Source: Nemertoderma westbladi (lineage: Eukaryota > Animalia > Xenacoelomorpha). From it: a stretch of DNA of 64,000 nucleotides. The notes under the pieces were generated by a model. It was not told where the DNA came from and made no database searches. It was given only the letters and a program-made list of their open reading frames with translations. How positions within the stretch are numbered: the first letter of the stretch is position 1; each line of letters starts with the position of its first letter. A program made the translations under genes and the position numbers. Location of the stretch: the NCBI GenBank assembly GCA_032718475.1, contig JAUCBJ010007524.1, positions 1 to 64,000 on the forward strand, written 5' to 3'. Shown in pieces: positions 1 to 11,500 of the stretch.

Positions 1-970
1 ATTAAGGAGATAACACAATGTCAGAGTGAGAACAAAAAAATTTGATATGGTATCAATATATTACCATGAAGATTACTAGAAGTGATGAATTTTATTAAAA
101 ACATTCACTTATATATATAAATTTGTGATGTGGCATAGTCAACGAAGAAGAGATGGTACGTGTCATAATCATCGACGAATAAGAAAAGAGATGGAGTGCA
201 ACGTGGATGAATGGTTGGTTGTCTGAATAGGAAATACGTGAAAGAATATGAATCATAGGGTTGTGTGTGTAATAATCAATAATTATTATAATAAAAACGT
301 GCAGTATATAATGTTAGTGGTGGTAGCCTTTCAATATGACACAGATGCTGCGGGATTGGTTAGGTTGAGTAACTACTATGCAAATGTTGTTTGTATACGT
401 GTAGCCGGGACGTGGATTGGTGACAGCCGGGGTGGAGTTGGCAATCAATATAATATCTGATGTAGTTGGTGGCCACGTTGTCAGCATATACAGTATACAG
501 TGGTTGGTTGGTTGGTTGCGTGAATAGGAAATAACTATGGAAATGTTCGTATACGTGTAGCCGGAAACGTGGTGGATTGGTAGGTTGCTTGGTTGAATGG
601 ATTGGTGACAGCCGTCGAAGAGTTGGCGATCGATTCGATATAATAGGGTAGTGTGGGGCTAGCCACACGATGAGAGGTTTGGGTACGCGAAGATGAATAT
701 GCTATGGTTGGTTGATGCAACGACGCGAACCAATACTGACGGGAGGTAACAGCTGTAGGAGTAAGGAGGGCATCGCGAGGTTAGGCTACGCGTAGGTGAT
801 AGGCAGCGATTGGCTGAAGGCAACGACGCGAATCAATATTGATGGTGACAGATGGTCATTAAACACCTCGATTTAGCACCGGAATTTGGCATTTTTTAAT
901 TGCCTCCGAGATGTAGCCCGTAGCCCAGGCTAGGGAGGAGATAGCCGAGAACTATGCTTCTCCTACTACT

Positions 971-1390
971 CCCGTTGGGTCTACGGGATATATGTAACCC
1001 ATGGGTTATCCGTTGGTTCTCCGGGTTTCAAGGTAACCCTTGGGTTACCCTTTGGGTTAATGGGATGGATGTAACCCATGGGTTGCCTGTTGGGTCTACT
1101 GGATGGATGTAGCCCATGGGATACCCGTTGGGTCTACGGGATGGATGTAACACATGTGTTACACGCTGGGTCTTCGGGGTAGATGTAACCAATGCGTTAA
1201 CAGTTGGGTGTGCGTGATGGATGTCACCCATGGGTTACCCGTTGGGTATACTGGATGGATATAAACCGTGGGATACCCGTTGGGTCTACGGAATGGATGT
1301 AACCCATGGGTTACCGGTTGAGACTTTGGGGTGGATGTAACCAATGGGTTACCCGTTGGCTATACGGGATGGATGTATCTACGGGTTGCA
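971..1390. repeat. Degenerate ~38-bp minisatellite
   Basis: Repeated CCCGTTGGGTCTACGGGATGGATGTAACCCATGGGTTA-like units containing the palindrome TAACCCATGGGTTA. Confidence 0.85.
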
Positions 1391-1539
1391 TCTATCCTTT
1401 ATGGGATTCCTACCGCTGTTCCAGGAAGCGACTTTCCCAACGGAGGCCACACGACCTACGGCAGTGCCGTTCATTTGTTTATTGTGACTCAGAGGATATT
1501 ATTAAAACATGTTGGTCTAATTATTCCTGTTCTATTATT

Positions 1540-2330
1540 GTGGGGCGAGCGACGAAAGTAAGTGAGCTTAGCATACAGGTCTCAATCGGAGTTTCTGTGG
1601 GGCGAGACACGTAGTCGGCGAGCTAGTCGGAGTCTAGTTTGAACCCCATATCCCATGCTATAAATGTATTCATTCGATATACAATCATATGTTAATCCGC
1701 TAGGTGGTGTCAAATTGTTATTCTGCAATTTTGTACTTACCAGTGCAGCACTGTACAGCAGTACCGTACCGGTAGGCCTATGTCATTACTTCTGAGTCTC
1801 TAGCGGATCCCCAATTAAATGTCTTAACTTTTCAATTTCGTAAAAGATAGACTTCATGATTCTCTACAGGCCACCAAAATTTCAGCTCAGGAAAATGAGG
1901 CCTTCCCGAGAAATTTAACATTTTCTAAAAACCACAAAATCTGTCGTAGCTGACGTCAGACTGCATGATTTTTCACCAAACTTTACAAACTTTCTAAACT
2001 TTCTCTCTACTACTTGCCTACTAAGTTTGGTTCAATTCCGAACCAGCGATGCCGAGAAATTCGCGTTCAAACATTTACCAGACAGACGGACAGACAGACA
2101 GACGGACAGACAGACAGACGGACATGCCCCATTTGCTCTATATGAACCGTATGCCAAGGCTTGCCGACTACGTGCTGCGCGAAGTCCCCACGAACGTGTT
2201 GTTCTGTTGTGTTCAATTTAAAACTCTTAATGAAATCTATCCAAACTTGGTACACATGTTGTTTGGCAAAAGTTTAGAAATTTTCCAAGTTGAATTTGCG
2301 TGTGGCCCTCGAGAAGCTAGGATAATAGCA
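1540..2330. mobile_element. Non-autonomous interspersed repeat with (GACA/GACG)n microsatellite (possibly Helentron/DINE-like)
   Basis: (CAGA/CGGA)n run at ~2078-2122; segments recur in reverse orientation at ~46840-47005 and a short piece recurs at ~21090-21140. Family assignment is a guess. Confidence 0.4.
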
Positions 2331-2425
2331 GTTAATTAATTTAATTTAATTTAATTAAGTTGGTTAGGGTGAAACCTGGAGTATTTTAAATTAGAATCAT
2401 TAGCTAAATAATTTATTTGAGGTGT

Positions 2426-3623
2426 TGTAAAAGCTTTTGTGGGATAACTGATTCGTTTGCTTTGCTAACCAGTTCCCCCCCAGTCGCTGAATACTCTAAA
2501 AAGGGATATCTAGCTAGAATAGTGCAAGCTACCGGCTGATTGGCTGATTTGCTGTGCGAAGGGATCTGGGTTCTGCTCGATCGGCCAACCAGCTTAGGGA
2601 GGTTGCCTCAGCCCTGTTTTCCGTATCGGCCAATAGAATTTGAGTTGGCGTTGATTTTGACCTATCCCAGAGCTACTGAACTGAATTTCCTATCTGTATG
2701 CTCATCCTCTGTGTTGGACGGGAGCTTCGGGGAATAAGGGTAGTTGGTATCCTCGTATAGAGTAGTAGTTATATGATTCTTCATATGATTCTGTTGTTGT
2801 GTTCCCATTTTTCGCCAGAACACCGGCTTTTGGGAAGAACTCTAGTAAAACTGCTTAAATTATAGAAAGTATAACTGTTACCTAACTAACTCACTAGTAG
2901 TCATATGATTCTCCCGAACTTAACTTATTAATTATATTGTTTGTACTGTTATTTACCGTCAGTTATTAATTGTATCGATTTGTTGATGAAATATTGCCCT
3001 TTGGAGAATACTGATAAATCACCCAAAATTCCCAATTTTCTTGATACACTACAGGTTAGAGAGACAGGCTATACATAACAATTGCGATTTATATCAATGT
3101 GGTGTGTATTGAATCTCATGTTATTTAGCAGACACTACATGAGTCAATTGCTGTTCTCTTTATGTGTGATCAAATTTACTGACGGTCGGCAGAATAGTGT
3201 GCATGATTGTGATTGGTAACAAAGCATTTCCTAAAGAATGCGCCTTATACTTTAATCATAAGCATTATCGTTGCGTTTAGTATAAGTCCTAGCTCTGTTT
3301 AAATAGATAGAGCGCCACGTCCAAAAGGAACTGTTAATATTTCCCGAAAGTTAATAATATCTGTCAGAAATTACATATGAGTGATCAATCGAATAATACA
3401 GTAGGTTTACACTGCAATCTTACACTGCAATAATAAAATTTAAGCATCCGAATTCAGCCTCCCGGGTGTATCCATCGGGTGAATGATCGCGCATGGGCTG
3501 GCTTCGGTTAATGTTTTGTTTATTAGCATAAAATATTGTCGTATGCTAAAGGTTTTTTAATTAACTAAAAGACATATAAATTTTGGCAGGTTAAACTGCT
3601 AAAGGTCTTCAAAAGCGCGAACA
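2426..3623 (+). repeat. 5' LTR
   Basis: TGTAAAAGC...GCGAACA; repeated at offset 16175; one mismatch noticed (G2787 vs T18962). Confidence 0.97.
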
Positions 3624-5599
3624 GTAACAGTTATCGATCATATTGCAGTAAGCAATAAGGTTGCAAAATACCGTAGTGACCGGTAAACCCGAACCGGTAC
3701 TTCTGTAGGTCAGTAGGCCCAACTGCCAGAACCGGTACTGCTGTAGGTCCGTAGGTCCAATTGCCAGAACCGGTACTTCTGTAGGTCTGTAGGCCCAACT
3801 GTCCTAACCGGTACTGCTGTATAAGTACATTAGTATTATTCGAATTTGATTATTGTATACCGGTAGGTCTTAGTATTTAATCAGGGACTGCAGCCCTGGT
3901 TTTTATTGAGATTTTACCTATTTCTGTCGATTTTATTTCCTAGTAAGTTAATATTGAGCTGAAGACGTGTAAGTCTGCTCAGATTGTTCAGATAATTGTA
4001 GGCTGAGCTGCTGTCTGACTGTTGTTGGGTTTGGAGAGATTACGGCGTGTGTAGAGTTTGTCTGATAAAGTGCCGTTAGTAAGTTGGGGCAGCCATATGC
4101 TGTAAGGTCAATCCCCTCTTAAAGAATAAGTCGTACTACCGTGTTAGAACGCATACTAACTAACCATTTCAGAATCTACACGTACGGTAGTTTATTTAGG
4201 CTTGGTGGTAGTCTGCCAGCGTTTGGTTTGTATTTTGTTTGAGTATTCTGTACGGGTAGCGTAATATTTATTATTCAGAGTTTATGCGATTATTCGCAAC
4301 ATTCATGTCCCCAAGTTTATTCCTACAGTAATTGTGCTTGTTATACATACCGTTATAGTTAAATTAACCCCGGTACTACACGGGCTGCTTGGCGTAGGAC
4401 AAGACTGGTGACTTTGTGCTCTGGTCACTCCAGCAGATGCCGTGGTTCTTTTAACTGTTCAAGTATATTTAACTACTGATTATTTGTTGTACCGGTACTT
4501 GTACCTAATTTAGGGTTTAGTGTACAGTGCTTTCCGAAGTAATTAGTGTGTAGGCAGTATATTTGTGTTGTAAAGTGGTTGATAGGCACATTCGTTAGCT
4601 CTATTAACTTCTGGGTAGGAACACTCCGTGATACATAACGTAGTACCTATAGCGATACGGTTATAGGTCGTCAGGCGGTGGTATTTTCCTATCTGGACAG
4701 TGCAATATATTTACTACTACTTATTATTTCAAATACCGTAATACCCTGTCTGTTGTAATAACCAGAATTCTAACCCTTTGTTAGACTGGTTTGTAGACTT
4801 CCTGTAAAATTACCCTAAAAAATTTCGTACGTAATATTTTGTTGTGTTTAATTAGAGAATTAATCTCACCCGTATCGTAAGTAATTTATAGTATTAAGTA
4901 ACTTAGGTAAATTAGAATTATCTGTTTTAGTGTCTCAATAAGTAACACTTCACTGAGAGCGCACAGCTTCTGTGTAGTGACTCCCCCAGAAATAATAACA
5001 TTTATTTCAAATATTGACAAAACCCTTTTAAACGGGTATATATCTATTATAAATCAACTCAAACGATTTATAAATAGTAGGCCTGCCATACAACAACTAG
5101 GTCTCAATATCAGTTGGACTACTGCTTAAATAACGGTAATAAAGTAAGTTAAAGTAACCAAGTAACCCTAAAATATTCAGAAATTCAATTATTCTAAAAT
5201 AATTGATAATTGACATACCGATATTTACCATAGGCTTATTATATTTATCTCTATAAATTTGAGCTGAAATCATACCGGTACTCTGTAATTAATTCTAGTT
5301 TGTAATAATTATACTTATATACTATAAGTGTCAGCTGTATACCGGTATTCACGATAGGCCTATTATATATTTATATATATTTGTGCTAAAATTATATACC
5401 GGTACTCTGTGACAAATCTAGTCTGTAATAGTACTTATATATATACTATAAGCATACCGTTATTCTAATATATTGTATATATATCACGTTACACCGAGTA
5501 AGGTATCGGTAATAAATCGCTAGGCTTGCGGTCATACTGAATTACTAGACTTGCTTTAACTGAAACTATAGTAGTAGACATTCAACTGTATAGCTAAAC

Positions 5600-8500
5600 A
5601 TGTCTGACACTCAGCAAAACCTGTCAGACAGTCTGATCGATACAACCATCTGTGACACAGATAGGAGTGTGGAGCGATTAAGAAAGGAGTTCAGCTCACC
5701 TCCTACTGCAAGAAAGGTCATCCCTCCAGTAGTATCAGACCCTAGGCTGATCCACCATAGGTCCATTATAGGCACTCGGGCACAGGTCAAACGGAACCAA
5801 GAGGCAGTTGTCCTATCGCAGCAACATCTTGGTCAAGAACCTACTTCCCAGCGACCCGATAGCTCCAGTAGTTCGGATACTGTAGAGCTGACCCCCGAAC
5901 GCGGAGTGCAGATGGCTGCTACAGTCTACTCGGACCCCCTTCTCACCCTTCCTGCTGCAGTGCTAACTACTATATTCATTGCGGTGGAGGAACATCAAGC
6001 CGACTGGGCGAGAAATAAGCGAGCGACCCAAGAAAATTATGCGGGATACACCAGAGAAGAATTGATGCCTATTGTCGAGTCACAATGGAAATTTCCCGGA
6101 CTAGGACTCCCGTTGGATCTGTCCGAGGCTACTTGGGAAGATATACACAGGATGGGAGTGGCTAAAGATACAATGGATCCAGCTGTTTGGAAGAGGTCGG
6201 CAGCAGGATATGTGCAGGGATTCTTCGGCTCCTTGGAGCGATTGGAAGAACAACTGTTTCGACAACCCCAAGGACCTCAAGAGCAGGAAGAGCTGCTATA
6301 CCAAGTACGCGAAAGAACCCTACGCATTCGACTAATCCTCTCAGCCTTTGAGGAAACTTCCAAAAGAAGACAGGACACGTCGCTGCAGGTTGCTGTCAAA
6401 ACTTGGTTACATCGGGTAGGTCTCAAAGTACAGGAAACGGCCCAGTGGAAATCCCAGCTGGCTGAGAGATCAACCTATGAAGAACAAACTGATGTCACCC
6501 TTTCTCAAGCGGAAAGCGAAGAGACCGCCGAGAAACCGCGAACTAGAGACGCTATCGACATTTATCTGTCCGACTATCAGCGATTCCTAGGAGACGAAGA
6601 GTTGAGGAGACGGCTGTCTGGACTTTCCCCTAATAGTGAAGGAACCAAGCTTGTGTTGGACTCAATCGATGCCGAAATGTTAGCTGCAAACCAAGCTGAA
6701 TTTGATGAAAAACTCCGCCTCACTAGAGTCCGAGAAGAACAAGTAAAGAAAGAACGGATAGAGAAAAGAAAGGTGGCAGCAGCAGCGGCGGCAGAAGCAG
6801 AAGCCGAAAGAAAGGCGGCAGAAGCAGAAGCCGAAAGAAAGTCGGCAGAAGCAGAAGCCGAAAGAAAGGCGGCAAAAGCAGAAGCCGAAAGAAAGGCGGC
6901 AGAAGCAGAAGCCGAAAGAAAGGCGGCAAAAGCAGAAGCCGAAAGAAAGGCGGCAGAAGCAGAAGCAGAAAGAAAAGCAGCAGTGGCAGAAGCAGAACGG
7001 AGAGCTTCTGAGGAGACTATCCAACTAGAGTTGGAAAATCTGCAAGAGACGCAAGACAGTATAAATAAACAGTTTACTGCTAATCAAATGCAGATGATGA
7101 GAAAATCTACTCCCAAGCGCCAGGGATACACATCCTCGGAGGAAGGCGAGACCACCGATCCTGAAGGCGGAGGAAATAGATCTCATCTAAGTAGGCGTAG
7201 AAAAACATCTTACCGTCGCAAATTGCCTGATTTGCCCCCAGCTGTTAGAAGACAGCTAGCTAGCACAGACTTGAGTAGTATAGAACCTACAGCCCAAAGT
7301 ATTAAGGTCAAAAGACTCCCTACAATAGTTGATGAGCCTGAAATAATTAGGCCTGTCGTTCCCAAAGTCACTTCTGTGTTAGAGACCCCTGTACTTCCAG
7401 AGCTTAACTCTAAATTCCCTTTACATAGTACTACACTGCCTGTACCCGGTAGAACAGTCCAAGAGAATATCCCTGTCCGGATAGCAGAGAGAGAAATCAA
7501 GGATTTGTCTCCCGTCGTCCCGCGTCAACCCGCTACTATGTTGGTGACTCCCGCTTCGGCGGTTGAGTGGGTAGAAGAGGGACGGCGGGGGATGAATCTC
7601 CTGCTAGGACAGATGCAGGAGACTGTCCACCAACTTAAGGGAACAGTGAGGGAAGGTAGAGCAGAGTTGCAAGAAGTGCAGCAAAGTATCGCACTAGAAC
7701 GCGACAAATTAGTCAATATCCAAAAGGGCATACCAATACCCCCTGTAACATTGTGTCAACCTGTTAGGTCTGAAGTACTACATGCGCAAGGTGTGGAGCC
7801 TACACGCATCTATACTGCTAGTGAAGTAGAAACTCCTATAGCAAACCCTATTAAGGGTGATTATACACCTGTTGCTAATGATATTCCCTATAGACCTGAT
7901 AATAATCCGAGAAATTTATATACCGATAATTCGATATTAAATAACACGATGGCCCAAGAAAGCTTTACGCGTCAGATGGCTAGAACAGAAGCCCGCCAAG
8001 CGTTCAAAGTGGGAGAGATCGTCAAATTCAATGGAGATGAGATGAAATGGTTACCTTTCAACGAATATTACAAAGATAGCATACAGAACTCTGTATTATC
8101 TAACGGAGAGAAACTTAGATTCCTCATCAAGTGCTTGGAAGGACCTCCCAAGTTAATGGCGTTAAAGTTTATTGGACATCCAGATGGATTAAGACAAGTT
8201 TGGGATACATTAAACATCAGGTATGGTAACAAGGATAACATAGCTAAGTATTTGTATGCAAAATTAGTAGCCCCCCGACACTTCCTTAGTAGCGGGATTA
8301 TAGAGTTTTCCGATGAAATTCAAGAGATATGTAGACAACTGGACTGGTTAGGTAAGTCGCATGAATATCAGAGTTCCATGGTTATTGGAGCCGTAGTCTC
8401 TACTTTACCAAAGGGTAGAGTATGTACACGCTGGGACAAGAAAGTGTTGTACATGAATGAACAACAACGACGAAGTCCTACCATGGCTGATCTCATGTCT

Positions 8501-11500
8501 TTCTTAGATGGTGAAGTAAAACTACAACTCATCAAGCAGTCCAGAGAGAAAACATCGGAAAATAAGGTAAGTGAGAAACCCACTTCTAGGAGAAGAGTAA
8601 CACCGGTGTTTTACACTGACGACGGCGAAAGCCAAGCTTCCCAAGAAGAGGACAGCGGGAAAGACACAGACCGATCTTACTATGTTGACAAAACCTCAAA
8701 GGACGTAAGTAAATACAAGGCTCGAAACAACGATAGGAGAGAACAGGTTGCCAAGACCCCTCCTCAGTCTCCTAACAGAATGCACCGAAGAAAACCCGAA
8801 GAAAAAACGAGAGTGCATCAAGTTACCCAAGGTAAATTGAGTAACATAAAACCTAACTGTGCGCTGTGCGACGGGACCCACCGTTTGAGTGCGTGTGCTG
8901 AATTTCTAAAGAAATCCCTTGTAGACAGACGTACAGTCGTGTGGGACAAGCGGTTATGCTATAATTGCCTCAGACCAGGACATCAACGGCGAACCTGTTA
9001 CTCCGACATAAAGTGTGCAAAGTGTGGCGCGAAACATCACATCTTGTTACACAGTGAGTTCGAACGAGACAGACAGAGTCAGGTAAGTGAGCCCGAACTA
9101 CATGTCCAATTTAGTGACGTAAACGACACTAATCAAGAGTCTGAGATGGAAGGATTCTATACTGACGAAATCTCCGACGCCAATGAATCCTGTTATCTAA
9201 TAAATACCGCAGTGTATCGAGCACTTACTTACGAAAAGGACATCAACGATGAGTTTCCCCCAACTACTTTCGCCAAACAACCATCTTGGAAAGCTCCAGC
9301 TTCCAACGTAGGAATCAGAGAATTTCCTGTAGTTCAAGTAAGAGTTCACGGTCTTAACAAAAGCTACATAGTGAACGCCCTCCTTGACTCCGGCAGCACA
9401 GGAACATTCATCGATCAAGAACTAGCCGAAGATATCTTTGCTGGACAACCCAAGTTCCGGACTAAATTGAATATGTCAGGAATTATGCAGGTTTGGAAAT
9501 CTACCCTAACGGCAGATTACTATGTAGGTATGTTGTCCACCCCCCAGGATAAGTTAGGAACACAAGGTATAAGGTCAGTAAAAATGGTGGCTATAAAGAA
9601 CTTTGCTACTACTCAAGCAGACCTTTATAATTGGGACGAAGATGAGAGCATCCAACATCTTAAGATACCTCGATTCCAGACAGATTATCCTGGAGTGCAA
9701 ATACTCATCGGCCAAAACGCGCACGAGGCGCTCGAAACATTAGAGAAACGGCCTGCTCAACCACAGCCACTGCAAACCTATGCGGTAAGAACTAGAATAG
9801 GTTGGTACTTTACTGGCCCTTCCCGTAGAACTCTCGAAGAGAGAATGCCACACGAACAAATATATCAAGTAAACGATTGGGAAGTGGAAAGCAGTGAAGT
9901 GGACGAACTAACTGAGGGAACACCATACTCCTCAGATAATGACGACATCTACCAACTCTTCGAAGAAGAGAACACAATTGACCTACTTACAGAGAATCAA
10001 ACTTGGAAAAACCAAGCGAACCTATGTCAACTGATTCGCCCAACGGAATCCATTATTTATAATGACGAACTTAATGACGAGGTAGAGCGCTACAACGCTA
10101 GAACTCGGGACGAACTCGCCGTACGATTCTTTACCCAAGAATTAGTAGAACCCAATTCATACGACAAAGCCCTGTCGATAGAAGAAGAAAGAGCCAAGCA
10201 AATCCAGGAAACAACCACACGTTTTTTAAAAGATCAAGGTAGATATGAAATTGGACTACCATTTCGAAAACGGGAACCTAGATTTATAAATAACAGACCT
10301 TTGGCTGAGAAAAGAATCAATCAATTACATCGACGTCTTACGGCAAATGCTTCAGCTAAGGAAATGTACCAAACTCAGTTGAAGAAATTTATCACAAAGG
10401 GATATGCGGAGCGAGTACCGGAAGGAACTCCAATAACTGAAAGAACTTATTATCTAACACATCATTACGTTCCCAAACCCGGTAAACCCCATGAAGTACG
10501 GGTCGTATTTGATGGCTCCGCCCTATATATGGGACAATCCCTCAATTCCGAGTTGTTACCAGGACCCAACTTGCTCCAATCTTTGTTGGGAATACTTTTA
10601 AGATTAAGACAATATTCCATCGCGTTCGCCTCTGATATAGAAGGAATGTTCTTACAAGTCAAGGCATTGGATCGTGATAGGGACAGCCTAAGATTCCTGT
10701 GGTGGCCTGAAGGAGACCTCAACCAGAAACCGGTAGAGTACTGGATGACCATCCAGGCTTTTGGGATTATATCAAGCCCTTCAAACGCCTGCTCAGTGGT
10801 TCGTACCACTGCGGATGACAACCGGGACGCCTTCTCCAAAGAGGTGATAGATAACATCAAACGAGACATATACATGGACGACAATTTAAAGTCCCTTCCA
10901 TCAGTAAAGGAAGCCCTTGATGTCGCGAAAGGAACGGTTGAGTGTTTGAAAAGAGGTGGATTTCGATTGACGAAGTTCACCAGCAACTCCCATGAGTTTC
11001 TGGAAGCAATACCTGTAGAAGACCGGGGAGCAAAGGACCTCGACTTAATACATGACGATCTTCCGGAAACCAAGACGCTTGGCTTGAAGTGGGACACAGA
11101 AAGAGATATCCTGTTTTTTCAGCTAAAACAGCGAGATAATCCAGTTCGGACCAAACGGATTTGTTTAAGTATTCTGAGCACTTATTTCGATCCCTTGGGA
11201 TTTATTAGCCCAGTTATATTGATTGCTCGGAGTTTAGTACAACAAATGTGGCTTGAAAACCACTCATGGGACTATCCACTCAAGGGAGAACTATTAAAGA
11301 AATGGATGAAATGGGAGGACTCGCTACCTGCCATCGAGAACTTTATAATTTCCCGTTCATATTTTGGTCATGTTCTCCCTACATATTCCTATCAACTCCA
11401 TGTATTCGGAGATGCCAGCGATATGGGAATAGGTATAGTAGCATACCTGCGAGTCGAAACTCCGGATGGAATCAAAGTTGCCTTGGTTACCTCTAAGGCA

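Noticed and set aside
2540-2737. 65-aa ORF repeated at 18715-18912
   Set aside because: Lies inside the LTRs, has a non-ATG start and no motifs; the duplication just reflects LTR identity.
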